A stretch of DNA of 60,430 bases, filler included, from Squatina squatina (lineage: Eukaryota): NCBI GenBank assembly GCA_031763465.1. It is 3 parts of 3 records of this genome, joined end to end, with 100 filler letters (N's around TTAATTAATTAA, not from the genome) between each part and the next. Parts side by side here need not be neighbours in the genome. Positions count along the whole stretch, not along the records: positions 1 to 22,947 come from JARFOE010000042.1; 2 more parts are not named here. One strand, written 5' to 3'. This document shows positions 1 through 12,260 of the stretch, in pieces. Made by a program: the position numbers and the translations under genes. The notes under the pieces are model-generated. The model was not told where the DNA came from. It saw nothing but the letters and a program-made list of their open reading frames with translations, and ran no database searches. Numbering within the stretch: position 1 is the stretch's first letter; every line of letters starts with the position of its first letter.

Positions 1-146
1 TCCCCAGTGTCCTGGCCACTAATTAGTCCTCAATCAACATCACTAAAATAGATTATCTGGTCATTATCACATTGCTGTATGTGGGTGGTGACTGTGTGAA
101 ATTGGCTGCCTCGTTTCCTACATTACAAATGACTACACTTCAAAAA
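1..146 (+). mobile_element. DeuSINE (SacSINE1/AmnSINE-like) fragment
   Basis: Sequence gtcctggcca...caacatcactaaaatagattatctggtcattatcacattgctgt...attggctgcc...cctacattaca...gactacacttcaaaa matches the recalled Deu-domain core of shark SINEs. Confidence 0.7.
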
Positions 147-149
147 ACC

Positions 150-571
150 CAACAAGCGAAGGAGCGGTTCTGAACTTAGTTTTAGGGAATGAAGCTGGGC
201 AAGTGGAAGGGGTATCAGTGGGACAGCATTTTGCTGGTAGTGATCATAATTCAGTTAGATTCAGGGTAGTTATGGATAAGGACAAGGATAGACCAGGAAC
301 AAAAGTTCTCAATTGGGGAAAAGCTAATTTTTCTCAGCTGAGATGTAATTTAGCCAAAGTGGACTGGAGACAGAAACTTGAGTGTAAATCAGTGTCAGAG
401 CAGTGGGAGGCATTCAAGGAGGAGATGCTGAGAGTTCAGAGCAAATATGTTCCCTTAAAGAAAAAAGATGGGACTAACAAATTTAGAGCTCGCTGGATGT
501 CAAGGGGCTTACAGGGTAGGATCGAGAAAAAAAGGGAAGCTTATGACAGATATCGAGGGCTCAATACTGCA
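150..571 (+). mobile_element. CR1-clade LINE ORF2 fragment (end of APE endonuclease and linker)
   Basis: Translation LVLGNE...VSVGQHFAGSDHNSVRF...LNWGKANF...EQWEAFKEEM contains the SDH motif and the typical CR1 linker; truncated by the element starting at 572. Confidence 0.85.
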
Positions 572-862
572 GGGGGGTGAAATTCAGCAGTTTTACAAAC
601 CTGTTTAACGCCTACTTAAAGCATTATTGAGGTGCAAACTCATCTTTAGGTGTTAAAATTCCATTTAGCACCTCCCGCGAAATTCGCCCCCAAAATGATT
701 CTGCGGCCAGGCGAGATTGTTTTTTTGCAGGCGTTAGGCTCCGGTGACGTCATCAGTGCGTGCAACGTCCCATTGGCGCCTCGTTGTGAAATTCCCCAGT
801 TTTGGCACCTTAAGTGTGCTGACAAAAACAACGCCTTGAAAAGTTGGCGCTACACATGATTC
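572..862. mobile_element. CpG-rich non-autonomous DNA element (MITE-like), copy 1
   Basis: Starts GGGGTGAAATT, aligns colinearly with 2789-3067 and begins exactly where the CR1 frame stops. Runs into a gap. Confidence 0.6.
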
Positions 863-2534
863 NNNNNNNNNNNNNNNNNNNNNNNNNNNNNNNNNNNNNN
901 NNNNNNNNNNNNNNNNNNNNNNNNNNNNNNNNNNNNNNNNNNNNNNNNNNNNNNNNNNNNNNGACAAGATCTATCCTCCTCTCCCGACATGTACTAACCC
1001 AGGCTTGGGATTCCCAAGGCGTGGATCAGATTGGAACCAACACATCACACATTGCAAAGTTACTCATCAGGCTTAGTTTCAGCCTTGAAGTTTTCCTAGA
1101 CAAATACAGAAGCAACAGAGAATCTCCGTTCTACACTGTTCTGAAGCAACTCACATCTTCTCCCACATTGCTACAGGACTCTTTACACCCTGCTAATTTT
1201 CAATAGAAAAATGAAATAAAAGCAATTAATGCTTGGCACGTTAACATACATTTCGAATTTCCCCAATGCTGCATTGCAGGGCTTTGACACTTTGGCCTGG
1301 AAAAGGATGTTTTCATTTAAGATATTTCTTTGTATATGAAAGTCAGATTCACATTTCTAAGGGTTCAATGGGGAGGCACCAGAACAAATTGAGTCAATAC
1401 GTTCCGATGAGTCCTCTCCAAAAGCAGATGGGTTAGTTGTTAAAACCGTGGTCATCAGTTTGAGACAAGGGTGGGGACATTATAATTGTGCAGTAAAGGT
1501 AAATGTAAATTCCTGATCCACACAGCAGAGGGGAAAGAGGGCACAGAGGAGATTTACCAGGATGTTGCCAGGACTGGAAAACTTTAAGCTATGTGGAAAG
1601 ATTGGATAGGCTGGGGCTGCTTTCTTTNNNNNNNNNNNNNNNNNNNNNNNNNNNNNNNNNNNNNNNNNNNNNNNNNNNNNNNNNNNNNNNNNNNNNNNNN
1701 NNNNNNNNNNNNNNNNNNNNNNNNNNNTTACAATTTGACTGTACAATCTTACTGAATCTCTGAAGTATACTTATAAAAACATTGATTTCCAGTTCAGTTA
1801 CTGAAAGCTATTTGTGTCAAGACTATAACCTTGCAGTTCAGCTAGCATCAAGACTACGGAAGGCTTAAACTTAAAATAATTGTCCACTAACCTTGTCTAA
1901 AGACAACAACCTATCACTGAACTTCTACCTGTGTTTGGAGGGGGTTGGGGTGCAGTGGTGATCACACTTTCCTTTCATTCCACTACCCCCACCTGATGAA
2001 TTGGGGATCTGCTCTGTCTGATGGCTCTTGATCTACTGAAACAATTTAAGGCAAACAATTAATGTGGAAAGAGCTGTACTGTAACAAGATAAACTAAGAA
2101 GCAAGGAAATTGAGTCTTGCTGAAGATTTGTTGATAAGTAAGAACTTGTTTCCTACAAGATACATGCACAGCTGAAGCCTGAAAAAAAGACAGTAAGTGC
2201 TTTGTCAAGAAATACTCAGCCTGGATCAGGATTCTATTAACCACAGATAAAAATAGCTTTGTGCCACGACCCATTGAGTACATCCAGCTACCCAATTCAA
2301 CTGAGCCAAGAGAAGGAACTTCACAAAAATATTTATTTAAAATTGTGTGGCTTGAATATATGCTACTCTCTGTGGTCAGTGACAGCGAGACCACCGAGCA
2401 GGAAACGCTGGATAACTACAACATTTATATGTTCAGTTCAGCATTCAGGTCTCAGAATTTTAAATGGGACAAAGGAAGGATATCTCTTTAAAACAAACGT
2501 TTCGGGCCACAACTCCTCAGATAACGCAGCAGCC

Positions 2535-2788
2535 CATGCCCACTTGCAGCAATACCTGGACAACATTCAGGCTTGGGCTGATAAATGGGAAGTAACATTC
2601 ACACCACACAAGTGCCAGGCAATGACAATCTCCAACAAGCAAGAGTCTAACCACCTCCCCTTGATAGTGAATGACATTACCGTCGCCGACTTCCCCACCA
2701 TCAACATTCTGGGGGTTACCATTGACCAGAAACTTAACTGGATCAGCCACATAAATATCGTGGCAACAAGAGCAGGTCAGAGGCTAGT
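2535..2788 (+). mobile_element. CR1/Jockey-group LINE, C-terminal reverse transcriptase fragment
   Basis: LQQYLDNIQAWADKWEVTFTPHKCQAMTIS...INILGVTIDQKLNWISHINIVATRAGQRL corresponds to RT domain 6-7 and thumb motifs. Confidence 0.85.
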
Positions 2789-3067
2789 GGGGTGAAACTT
2801 GGCAGTTTTAAAAACCTGTTAAACCTAAGGCGTTATTGAGGCGCAAAGTCATCTTTAGGTGTTAAAACGCCGTTCAGTGCCTCCCGCAAACTTCGCCCCC
2901 AAAATTCTTTCGGTGCTAAACTTTTGCACCTCTGCGGCCAAGCGAGATTGTTTTTTTGCAGGCGTTAGACTCCGGTGATGTCATCAATGTGCGCAATACC
3001 TCATTGGCACCTCGTTGTGAAATTCCCCAGTCGTAGCGCTTTAAGTGTGCTGACAAAAACAACGCCT
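2789..3067. mobile_element. CpG-rich non-autonomous DNA element (MITE-like), copy 2
   Basis: Colinear with 572-836; shared blocks include catctttaggtgttaaaa, gcgagattgtttttttgcaggcgttag, cctcgttgtgaaattccccagt and taagtgtgctgacaaaaacaacgcct. Confidence 0.6.
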
Positions 3068-3254
3068 NNNNNNNNNNNNNNNNNNNNNNNNNNNNNNNNN
3101 NNNNNNNNNNNNNNNNNNNNNNNNNNNNNNNNNNNNNNNNNNNNNNNNNNNNNNNNNNNNNNNNNNNCTCTGTAGTACTGTCTTTAGCGACCACATAAAA
3201 AGTACTTCTGTTGTGGTGTTTAATAAGGAGAGTGAATTGCATGGGTTCATTTTT

Positions 3255-3610
3255 TCTTTATTCATTCATGGGATGTGGGCATCGCCAACATTTATTACCA
3301 TCCCTAATAGCCCTGTGGGTCGCGAACTGCCTTATACAGCTGAGTGGCTTGCTAGACCATTTCAGAGACAAACCACATTGCTGTGGGTCTGGAGTCACAT
3401 GTGGGCCAGACTGGGTAAGATTTCCTTCCCTAAAGGACATTGGTGAACCAGATGGGTTCTTATGACAACCTACTAGTTTCATGATACTTGCTTTTTATTC
3501 CAGATTTATTTAATTAACTGAATTTAAATTCCCCAGCTGCTGTGGNNNNNNNNNNTCCAGGCCTCTGGATTACAAAACCTGTAACAAAACCACCATGCTA
3601 CCATTCCATG
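3255..3610 (-). mobile_element. Shark tRNA-derived SINE
   Basis: Reverse complement of the family at 34540-34905; shared core ctggttcac..atgtcctttagggaaggaaatct...acatgtgactccagacccacagcaatgtggt. Confidence 0.65.
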
Positions 3611-3892
3611 AATGGATAGAGATTGATAGCTGTGACTAGTCAACAACTATCGTTGCACCAGGATAGTGGAAGGCGAACGATGTACCTTAATCTTTTTTCA
3701 TCCATTAGAATAATAGAATGATACAGCACAGAAGGAGGCCATTTGGCCCATCATTCCTGTGCTGGCTCTTTGAACGAGCTATCAAATTACTCNNNNNNNN
3801 NNNNNNNNNNNNNNNNNNNNNNNNNNNNNNNNNNNNNNNNNNNNNNNNNNNNNNNNNNNNNNNNNNNNNNNNNNNNNNNNNNNNNNNNNNNN

Positions 3893-4461
3893 GAGCGGGA
3901 GAGCGACTGTGATAGTGGATTCGATTTTATAGGGAATAGATAGGCGTGTCTGCGGCCGCAAATAAGACACCAGGATGGCACGTTGCCCCCCTGGTGCAAG
4001 GGTCAAGTGTGTCTTTGAGCGGCTGCAGGGCATTCTGGAGGGGGAGGGTGAACAGCCATTGTCGTGGTCCAGATAGGTACAAATGATATAGGCAAAAAAC
4101 GGGATGAGGTCCAAGAGATGAATTCAGGGAGTTAGGAGATAAATTAAAAAGTAAGACTTCAAAGGTAATAATCTCTGGATTACTTCCGGTGCCACGTGCT
4201 AGTCAGATTAGAAATAGCAAGAAATTTCAGGTGAATATGTGGCATGAGAAACGGTGCAAGGGGGAGCGATTCAAATTCCTGGGACATTGGAACCAGTTCT
4301 GGGTGAGGTGGGCCCAGTGCAAGCTGGGCGGGCTGCACTTGGGCAGGACTGGAACCGATGTCCCAGGGTGAATGTTTGCTAATGCTGTTGGGGGGGGTTT
4401 AAACTAATCTGGCAGGGGAATGGGAACAAATGCAAGGAGACAGAGGGACGTAAAATGAGGG
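3893..4461 (+). mobile_element. CR1 LINE ORF1 SGNH/GDSL-esterase domain, decayed
   Basis: Frame-shifted translation CPPGARV, GTNDIG, VIISGLLPVPRAS, FKFLGHWNQFW, GLHL covers the esterase blocks of vertebrate CR1 ORF1. Confidence 0.85.
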
Positions 4462-4586
4462 NNNNNNNNNNNNNNNNNNNNNNNNNNNNNNNNNNNNNNN
4501 NNNNNNNNNNNNNNNNNNNNNNNNNNNNNNNNNNNNNNNNNNNNNNNNNNNNNNNNNNNNNNNNNNNNNNNNNNNNNNNNNNNNNA

Positions 4587-5190
4587 AGAAGGCAGATGGG
4601 ATACTTGCCTTTATTAGCCGAGGCATAGAATATAAGAGGTTATGCTTGATCTGTATAAAACACTAGTTAGGCCACATCGAGAGTACTGTGTACAGTTCTG
4701 GTAACAACACTACAGGAAGGATGTGATTGCACTGGAGAGGGTACAGAGGAGATTTATGAGGACTGGAGAATTTTTAGCTATGAGGAAAGATTGGATAGGT
4801 GAATTTGTTTTCTTTGGAACAGAGGAGGCTGAGGAGAGTTTTAATTGAGGTGTATAAAATTATGAGGGGCCGAGATAGAGNNNNNNNNNNAACCAGGGGG
4901 CATAGACTTAAAGTGGTTGTTAGAAGGATTAGAGGGGAGTTGACGAGAACTATTTTCACCCAGAGGGTGGTGGGGGCCTGGAACTCACTTCCTGAAAGGG
5001 TGTTTGAGGTACAAACCTCAAACGCATTTAAAAGGTGCTTGGATGTAAGTCCTGAGGTGTCGTAGCCTACAGGACTACGAACCAAGAGCTGGAAAGTGGG
5101 AATAGGCTGGATAGCCCTTTTCCGGCAGGCACAGACACAATGGGCTGAATGGCCTCCTTCTGGGCCCTAAATTTATCTGATTCTATGATT
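4587..5190 (+). mobile_element. CR1 LINE 3' end
   Basis: LYKTLVRPH-EYCVQFW, LFSLEQRRLR, TRGHRLK, FTQRVVGAWNSLPE, followed by the 3' tail atgggctgaatggcctccttct...ttctatgat. Confidence 0.9.
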
Positions 5191-5994
5191 ACACAATACT
5201 AGATCTAAAATAACCGGTTCCCTAGTTTGTTCCTCCACATATTGTTCTAAGAAGTACATACCTGTTTTATACAGGCATCAATCATGGCAATTGATAATGA
5301 AGGCGTAACATGAAAAATGTGCTGTACAATCTCACACCATTGTAATGATTCCATTAAGGTACAACTGCATGAACATGGGTTGGTGCTTCTGGCACCTGCT
5401 GTCAATTCCAGCAGGATTCCCCCCATTTCCTGCCTCAGCCATCCCAGATCCAGCTGAAATCAGGCAAACTGTGTGTTGAAGATTACTCCCTGATCTTATA
5501 TNNNNNNNNNNNNNNNNNNNNNNNNNNNNNNNNNNNNNNNNNNNNNNNNNNNNNNNNNNNNNNNNNNNNNNNNNNNNNNNNNNNNNNNNNNNNNNNNNNN
5601 NTCGACAAATCCAGCACCTTATCTTGCTCTCTCCACATGCATTCCATTGTTGTAGGGCTCTTCTGGGGATGCAGGCTCTGCTGAGTCTGGATGGTGGATG
5701 GCTTCCTTTCTTTTGGCTGATCAGCTGGCTCTTTGAGGTGGGACCCTCATTAATATCAATAAGGATTCCCTGATCAGCTCATGTCTGGTGAGGTCACTCT
5801 CCAGCCATCCTCCGTCCCCGCCCCTGTCGGGTTTGAATTGCATGTCCTTGGCCTTGGCCTTTTTGCAGACAGGCTTTCTGCAACTGCCATTTTAAAAACC
5901 AGCAATGTCTCAAAAAATGTCATAAAGTCCTTCCTTCAGGCCAAACTCCACAAAATAGCCGGAGACTGTTTTGGGTCTTTTATCACTGAACGTT

Positions 5995-6538
5995 ACAGGT
6001 TAGATACAGAGTAAGTCTCCCTCAACATTGTACCATGAAACACTCCCATAGGGTTATATACAGATTAAAATTCCCTCTACACTGTCCCGTCAATCACTCC
6101 AAGGGCACAAGCAGCACGGGTTAGATACAGAGTAAAGCTCCCCCTACACTGTCTCTTCAAACAGTCCCCGGAGAGGGACTAAGAACAGCAAGTGTTTGAT
6201 GCAGAGTTAAGCTTCCTCTACACTGTCCCCATCAAAGACTCCCACAGCAGGTACAGCACAGGGTTAGGTACAGATGAAAGCTCCATCTACACTGTCCCCA
6301 GCAAACACTCCCAGAGCAGGTTAGATACAGAGTAAAGCTCCCTCTACACAGTCCCAGAAGAAACCTCCAGGGCAGGGACAGCATGGGTTAGATGCAGAGT
6401 AAAGCTCCCTCCACACTGTCCCACCAAACACTCCCAGGCCTCGTATAGCATGAGGTAGATATACAGTAAATCTCCCTCTACGCTGTACCATCAAATATGC
6501 CTTGTCAGGGACAGCACGTGTTCGGTCCAGAATAAAGC
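5995..6538. repeat. Tandem repeat, ~67-bp unit, ~8 diverged copies
   Basis: Recurring unit gggttagatacagagtaaagctccctctacactgtcccatcaaacactcccagggcaggtacagcac. Confidence 0.9.
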
Positions 6539-6762
6539 ANNNNNNNNNNNNNNNNNNNNNNNNNNNNNNNNNNNNNNNNNNNNNNNNNNNNNNNNNNNNN
6601 NNNNNNNNNNNNNNNNNNNNNNNNNNNNNNNNNNNNNNNCTGAAATGCTTGAGCGTGTGGTGTTTTCTTGGCTCGGCTCAGGTTGGGCAGGGTAACCCCT
6701 CCAGATCTTTCCACTTTCTACCCATGTTTCGTTTTTTACCGCTGTATTTTTGTTCTGTTTAG

Positions 6763-6850
6763 AGTTTCCGGAATGGTAAAATGGAGAAAGCAGAAATCTT
6801 AGAAATGACAGTGGAATATCTGAGAAACGCGGCGCTTGCAAACGGCCAGG
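6763..6850 (+). CDS. HES7: Hairy/E(spl) bHLH factor, HES7/her-like: bHLH helix-2 exon (88 nt)
   Basis: tttag| acceptor and |gtgggt donor; encodes SFRNGKMEKAEILEMTVEYLRNAALANGQ with the HES K[LM]EKAEILE motif. The earlier exons are not visible and probably lie in gap 6540-6639. Confidence 0.8.
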
Positions 6851-7506
6851 GTGGGTATCTGCTCTTGGCTGCAAGGACGAGCGTGTCCTGTGTCCCGCGA
6901 GTATTGTTGTTGGCGGAGGGCACTTACGCCATTCCCGTGCGCTGCGCTGCCAGTTTCCGTTCGATGTGCAGGATCTCCGGTTTTTACGAAAGCGCTCGCC
7001 TCATTTTCCCCACCGCGCGTTCGGTAAAGTCGAGCTAGTTTGAAGTTAATGTGCAGACTGATCAATGGATATTCGCTGCACAAACACTAGTGCTTCCACT
7101 GGCCTTTCTGCTGCTACTTTCCATTTTCATGATTTCAATCACTGGAAAATCGCGACATTTTCTCTTAGGAAAAAGCCCAATATTTCACGGAGTGTCCTGT
7201 TAAATCAGGAGTTTGAGGGCGGAGCTCCAGATTGATCCTGTACTGAATCCCATTTATTGGAGCGTTAAAGGAATCTATTGCGGTTTGGCCGGATTCATTG
7301 GTTTGAAATGGATAGGGATNNNNNNNNNNAACGGGAGGCACAAACGCCCCGAATTTCTCTCCATAAATGTTAATATATTTCCCTTTCCAAAGAAATCAAC
7401 ATTTTGAGTATATGTACAGCAAATCCCTCCGTTCTGACTAGTCTGGGCTGTTCATGAACGAACACTATTGAATGTTAAAGCACTGACCACTGTTCTATTT
7501 AAACAG

Positions 7507-8057
7507 ATCAGGAGGCAGAGGTTATGCGGCAGAACTATGAAGCTGGTTTTAAGGAGTGCCTCCTGCAGGTGAATAGCTTCGGAAGGAGCTGCGCTAGATT
7601 CAACACGCAGAGCAAGAGCAGCCTGATGGAGCGGCTGGCGGTGTTTGTGGACAAGTCGAGCGAGGGCAAGCGGAGCCGCGGACTCCCGGACTGCGCCGGC
7701 TCGCACGCCCGCAGCCCGCAGCCTCTGCGAGGCGGAGAGCCGCGCTCCGAGGGCTGGGACGGCGGGCCCGCGGCCGCCAGCAGCGTGAGGCCTTTGGCTG
7801 TGGTGCCCGCCGTCGCCAGCGCCAGCGACCCTTGCACACACAAGGCGCCGAACCTCCTCGCCACCCGGCTAGCCCCCTCGCACCAGACGCTCAATCGCTT
7901 CAACCTTGCGGCGAAAACTCATGAACACCACGACCCCGGGTGCGTACAGTGTCGGGAGCTCCCCCAGAAAGGCATCGTGTCTCCAAAGGCTGTCTTTGTA
8001 CAACAGGCTTCCGCCAGAGTGACTGTCTCACACAATGTCTGGAGGCCCTGGCCTTAA
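7507..8057 (+). CDS. HES7: HES7/her-like terminal exon (Orange domain plus WRPW Groucho-binding motif)
   Basis: aaacag| acceptor in phase 1 with the previous exon; Orange domain NYEAGFKECLLQVNSF; ends VWRPWP*. The extra Pro after WRPW is characteristic of HES7/her7. HES family membership is secure; the paralog assignment is less so. Confidence 0.8.
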
Positions 8058-8266
8058 GGCTACTGACAAAAATTACTTTACATATCGAATTATTCTATTT
8101 GCCTCTTAATCTTCAAGTTGTAAAATCACCGAAATCCCGCGCGTTATCTATAACAAAGGCTATCTATTCTATATTAAGATCACGGATTTTTGGTCAGTTT
8201 TAAATTTCCTTAATATTTCCTGTGTATTCAGTGCGCCTGGCGTTTCATTTATTGTGTATATTTTGG

Positions 8267-8272
8267 AATAAA
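8267..8272 (+). terminator. Probable polyadenylation signal of the HES7-like gene
   Basis: AATAAA 210 nt after the stop codon, followed by a GT/T-rich stretch. Confidence 0.6.
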
Positions 8273-8374
8273 GATTTTAACAAGGTTTTGATTTGCGTCA
8301 ATCCATGTTTTAATTAATGCATATTAATAAATTATACAAATCTATTGTAACATATTTCACAGAACTTTACTGGT

Positions 8375-8755
8375 CACACTCTCACTCTCACTCACTCTCA
8401 CTCCCTTTCTCACTCACACACACTCACTCACATTCTCTCACTCACATTCTCTCACACACTCTCTCACTCACTCTCTCACTCACACACACACTNNNNNNNN
8501 NNNNNNNNNNNNNNNNNNNNNNNNNNNNNNNNNNNNNNNNNNNNNNNNNNNNNNNNNNNNNNNNNNNNNNNNNNNNNNNNNNNNNNNNNNNNNNNNNNNN
8601 NNNNNNNNNNNNNNNNNNNNNNNNNNNNNNNNNNNNNNNNNNNNNNNNNNNNNNNNNNNNNNNNNNNNNNNNNNNNNNNNNNNNNNNNNNNNNNNNNNNN
8701 NNNNNNNNNNNNNNNNNACACTCTCACTTTCTCACACACTCTCTCACTCACACAC
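8375..8755. repeat. (CA/CT)n compound microsatellite, interrupted by a gap
   Basis: cacactctcactctcactca... low-complexity run. Confidence 0.9.
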
Positions 8756-8855
8756 NNNNNNNNNNNNNNNNNNNNNNNNNNNNNNNNNNNNNNNNNNNNN
8801 NNNNNNNNNNNNNNNNNNNNNNNNNNNNNNNNNNNNNNNNNNNNNNNNNNNNNNN

Positions 8856-9055
8856 AAGGGGGGTGGAGGCAGACTCAATCATGGCTTTCCAAAGGGAATT
8901 GGATAAGTATCTAAAAGAAAAAAATTTGCAGGGCTACGGGGAAAGCGCGGGGGGAGTGGGACTCGCTGAGGTGCTCTTGCAGAGAGCCAGCACGGGCTCG
9001 ACGGGCCGAATGGCCTCCTTCTGTGCTGTAACCGTTCTATGATTCTGTGATTCTA
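8856..9055 (+). mobile_element. CR1 LINE 3' end
   Basis: VEADSIMAFQRELDKYL followed by the 3' UTR gggccgaatggcctccttctgtgctgtaaccgttctatgattct. Confidence 0.85.
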
Positions 9056-10104
9056 ATTGTTGGAGTCCCACAAGTTATTGAACTGACCCAATCCTTTGCT
9101 ATGTTGGGAATGTCAAAGAAATTTCTTTCCAAATTTGGGGAGCTTGAGAGCAGAGGCTGACCTTGCACTCAGAAAATGCTCAAAACCGCCACATTCCTGA
9201 AATATTTGTGACCTATTCGTGTTACCGATGCCTTAGCCCATCGTGTGCAACGTCACATGTTGCCCTCTTACTCAGGATTGGAAGGATGAAGAAGTGAATC
9301 GCGTGTGGACTGCAGCATGCTGAAGAACATGCCGCTCTGTTCGGTCATCGGACATTAATGGGACGCCGGATAAACACATGAGGGAGAAAGGAACAGAAGT
9401 ACGGGCGGATGGGGTGAGCTGAAGAGGGGTGGGAGGAGGCTGGTGTGCAGCATAAACACCAGCATAGACCAGTTGGGCCGAATGGCCTGTTTCTGTGTCG
9501 TAAATTCGCTGTAATTCTATGTGGTACAACGATCTGTGAATTGAACGGTGCATTTCGCAGGGAGGCTGGGAATTCACATCTTTGCCAATAGCTGAGTAAT
9601 CTGTGGACTCAGTTATGAAGATAGAACAGAACTGAAAACAAAGAGATTTTTTTTTGTGAGCCATTGAGTTGNNNNNNNNNNNNNNNNNNNNNNNNNNNNN
9701 NNNNNNNNNNNNNNNNNNNNNNNNNNNNNNNNNNNNNNNNNNNNNNNNNNNNNNNNNNNNNNNNNNNNNNNCAATGATCCAGAATGCAGCATTTTAAATG
9801 TAGAGATTTAGCTGTTGGGGAGAGGATGCCCTTGAATCCTTCCGGAAAGGTCCCACCACTTCTGGCCCTTGAACGTTTAGCCTTTCCCCTGGGTCCTGGA
9901 GGCAGTGTCAGCTTTTTGAAAAGCTTTCACTAATCTTCTAGTATCACAACTCAAGCCGAACTCGAGCTGGTGATGTCGACATGAGATACCCGAAAACAGG
10001 AACAGACCCACTTTCCAGGAATAAACATCAGCGAACCTGATCGGTATGAAGTCAATCCCAAGTGAACGGTGTCACAGTTTGCTCCTTTTGAACAGTGACA
10101 AGAC

Positions 10105-10760
10105 ATAAACAAATCTTTGAAGGTGGCAGGACATGTTGAGAAGGCTGTTAAAAAAGCATACAAGATCCTTGGCTTTACAAACAGAGGCAGAGAGCAAGGA
10201 AGTTATCTTAAACCTTAATAAATCACTAGATAGGCCCCAGCTGGAGTGCTATGTTCAATTCTAGGTACCAAACTTTAGGAAGGATGTCAAGGCCTTGGAG
10301 TGGGTGCAGAGGAGATTTACTAGAATGATACTAGAGATGAGGGAATTCAGTTATGTAGAGACTAGAGAAGCTGGGGTTGTTCTCCTTAGAGCAGAGAAGG
10401 AGAAGGGGAGATTTAATAAAGGTGTTCAAAATCATTAAGGGTTTTGATAGAGTAAATAACGAGAAACTGTTTCCAGTGGCAGAAAGGTTGGTAACCAGAG
10501 GTTAAAGGTAATTGGCAAAAGAACAAGAGGCGACATGAGAAGAATTTTGTTGGCAGCAGATTTTTATGATCTGAAATGTCTGTCTGAAAAGGAAGCAGAT
10601 TCAATAAACATTTTCAAAAGGGAATTGGATAAATAGTTGAAGGGGAAAAGTTTGCAAGGCAATGGGGAAAGGGCAGGGGTGAGCAACTAATTGAATAGCT
10701 CTTTCAATGAGCTGACAGAAGCACGATGGGCCAAATGGTCTCTTCTGTATGATTCTATGA
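10105..10760 (+). mobile_element. CR1 LINE 3' portion
   Basis: Decayed ORF2 C-terminus (SLDRPQLECYVQF, RLEKLGLFSLEQRR, GDLIKVFKII) and CR1 3' tail with tatgattctatga. Confidence 0.85.
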
Positions 10761-11199
10761 GGCAGAAGAGGTGAAGGTAAGTTTTCTTTGTGAGGGTTTT
10801 TTTGTGGGCAAGGAGCAGCAGGAGTGCTCCTGTGGGCCTGAAAATAGTCCTTAGGCATCCCCTAGGGTTGTCAATCCTCCAAGATTATCCTACAGTCTCC
10901 AGGGTTTGAGGGTTAATATCTTGGCCATTGCTGCAAGCAACCCGGAAGAAAAGTCATCAGTGCATTAAAAACAATTCTGGGGGAAGAATTCGATAGGTTA
11001 GTGCCTCCTGTTAGCACCTGCAGAGGGTGGTAGTGGGGCGCTGATGCAATAGCGTCAGGGCAAGGCAGATCCAGTGCTGCACAGCAAATCCGCCCCAGGN
11101 NNNNNNNNNNNNNNNNNNNNNNNNNNNNNNNNNNNNNNNNNNNNNNNNNNNNNNNNNNNNNNNNNNNNNNNNNNNNNNNNNNNNNNNNNNNNNNNNNNN

Positions 11200-12260
11200 G
11201 ATGATGCAGCTGAAAATGGTTGTGCCTAGGACGGTTCTGCCCTGAGGAACTCCTGTGGTGATGTGCTGGGACTGAGATGATTGACCTCCAGAAACCACAA
11301 CCATCTTCCTTTGTGGTAGGTACCACTCAAGCCAGTGGAGAGTTTTCCCCCTGGTTCCCATTGACTTCAATTTTACTAGGACTTCTTGATTCCACACTTG
11401 GTCAAATGTTGCCTTGATGTCAAGAACAGTCACTCTCACCTCATCTCTGAATTCAGCTCTTTTGTCCATGTTTGGACCAAGGCTATAATGAGGTCTGGAA
11501 CCGAGTGGTGCTGGCAGAACCCAAACTGAGTATCACTGAGTAGGTTATTGATGAGCAAGTGCTGTTTGAAAACACTATCAATGACCTTCCATCACTTTGC
11601 TGAAAATTGAGAGTAGGCTGATGGAGTGGTAATTGGCTGGATTGGATTTGTCCTGCTTTTGTCTTTTGCACCCAGATGCTACGCCATCATTGAGGATGGG
11701 ATGTTCATGGACCCTCCTCCTCCCACTAGTTGTTTAATCGTCAACCACCATTCACAACTGGGTACTGCAGAACTTTGATCTGAACCGTTGGTTGTGGGAT
11801 CGTTTAGCTCTGTTTATAGCATGCTGCTTTCACTGTCTAGCATGCATGTGGTCCTGTGTTGCAGCTTCACCAGGTTGTCAACTCATTTTTAGATCTGCCT
11901 GGTGCTGCTCTTGGCATGCTCTTCTACACTTCATTGAACGAGGGTTGCTCCCGTGGCTTGATGGTAATGGTAGAGTGAGGGATATGCCAGCTCATGAGGT
12001 TACAGATCCATTCTAAATCTACCCCATTTAGCACAGTGGTAATGCCACACAACCCGATATAGGGTGTCCTCCCTGTGAAGACTGGACTTCGTTTCCATAA
12101 GGACTGTGCAGTGGTTACTGTTACCAATACTGTAAAGGACAGATGCATCTGTGACCGGTAGATTGGTGAGGACGAGGCCCAGTAGGTTTTTCCCTCATGT
12201 TGGTTGTCTCACCACCTGCCACAGGCCCAGTCTGGCAACAATGTCCGTCAGAGCTGGGTC
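11200..12260 (-). mobile_element. CR1/Jockey-group LINE ORF2 fragments (reverse transcriptase plus endonuclease remnants)
   Basis: Minus-strand VRVTVLDIKATFDQVW...LHWLEWYL...GVPQG corresponds to RT domains 3-4. Probably the same family as 2535-2788. Confidence 0.85.

Noticed and set aside
2183-2491. ~100-codon plus-strand open frame (…VPRPIEYIQLPNSTEPREG…)
   Set aside because: No recognisable motif or convincing splice sites; cannot be distinguished from chance.
8058-8290. Pumilio response elements in the HES7-like 3' UTR
   Set aside because: Only imperfect matches (tgtaaaat, tgtatatt) to TGTAHATA are present.
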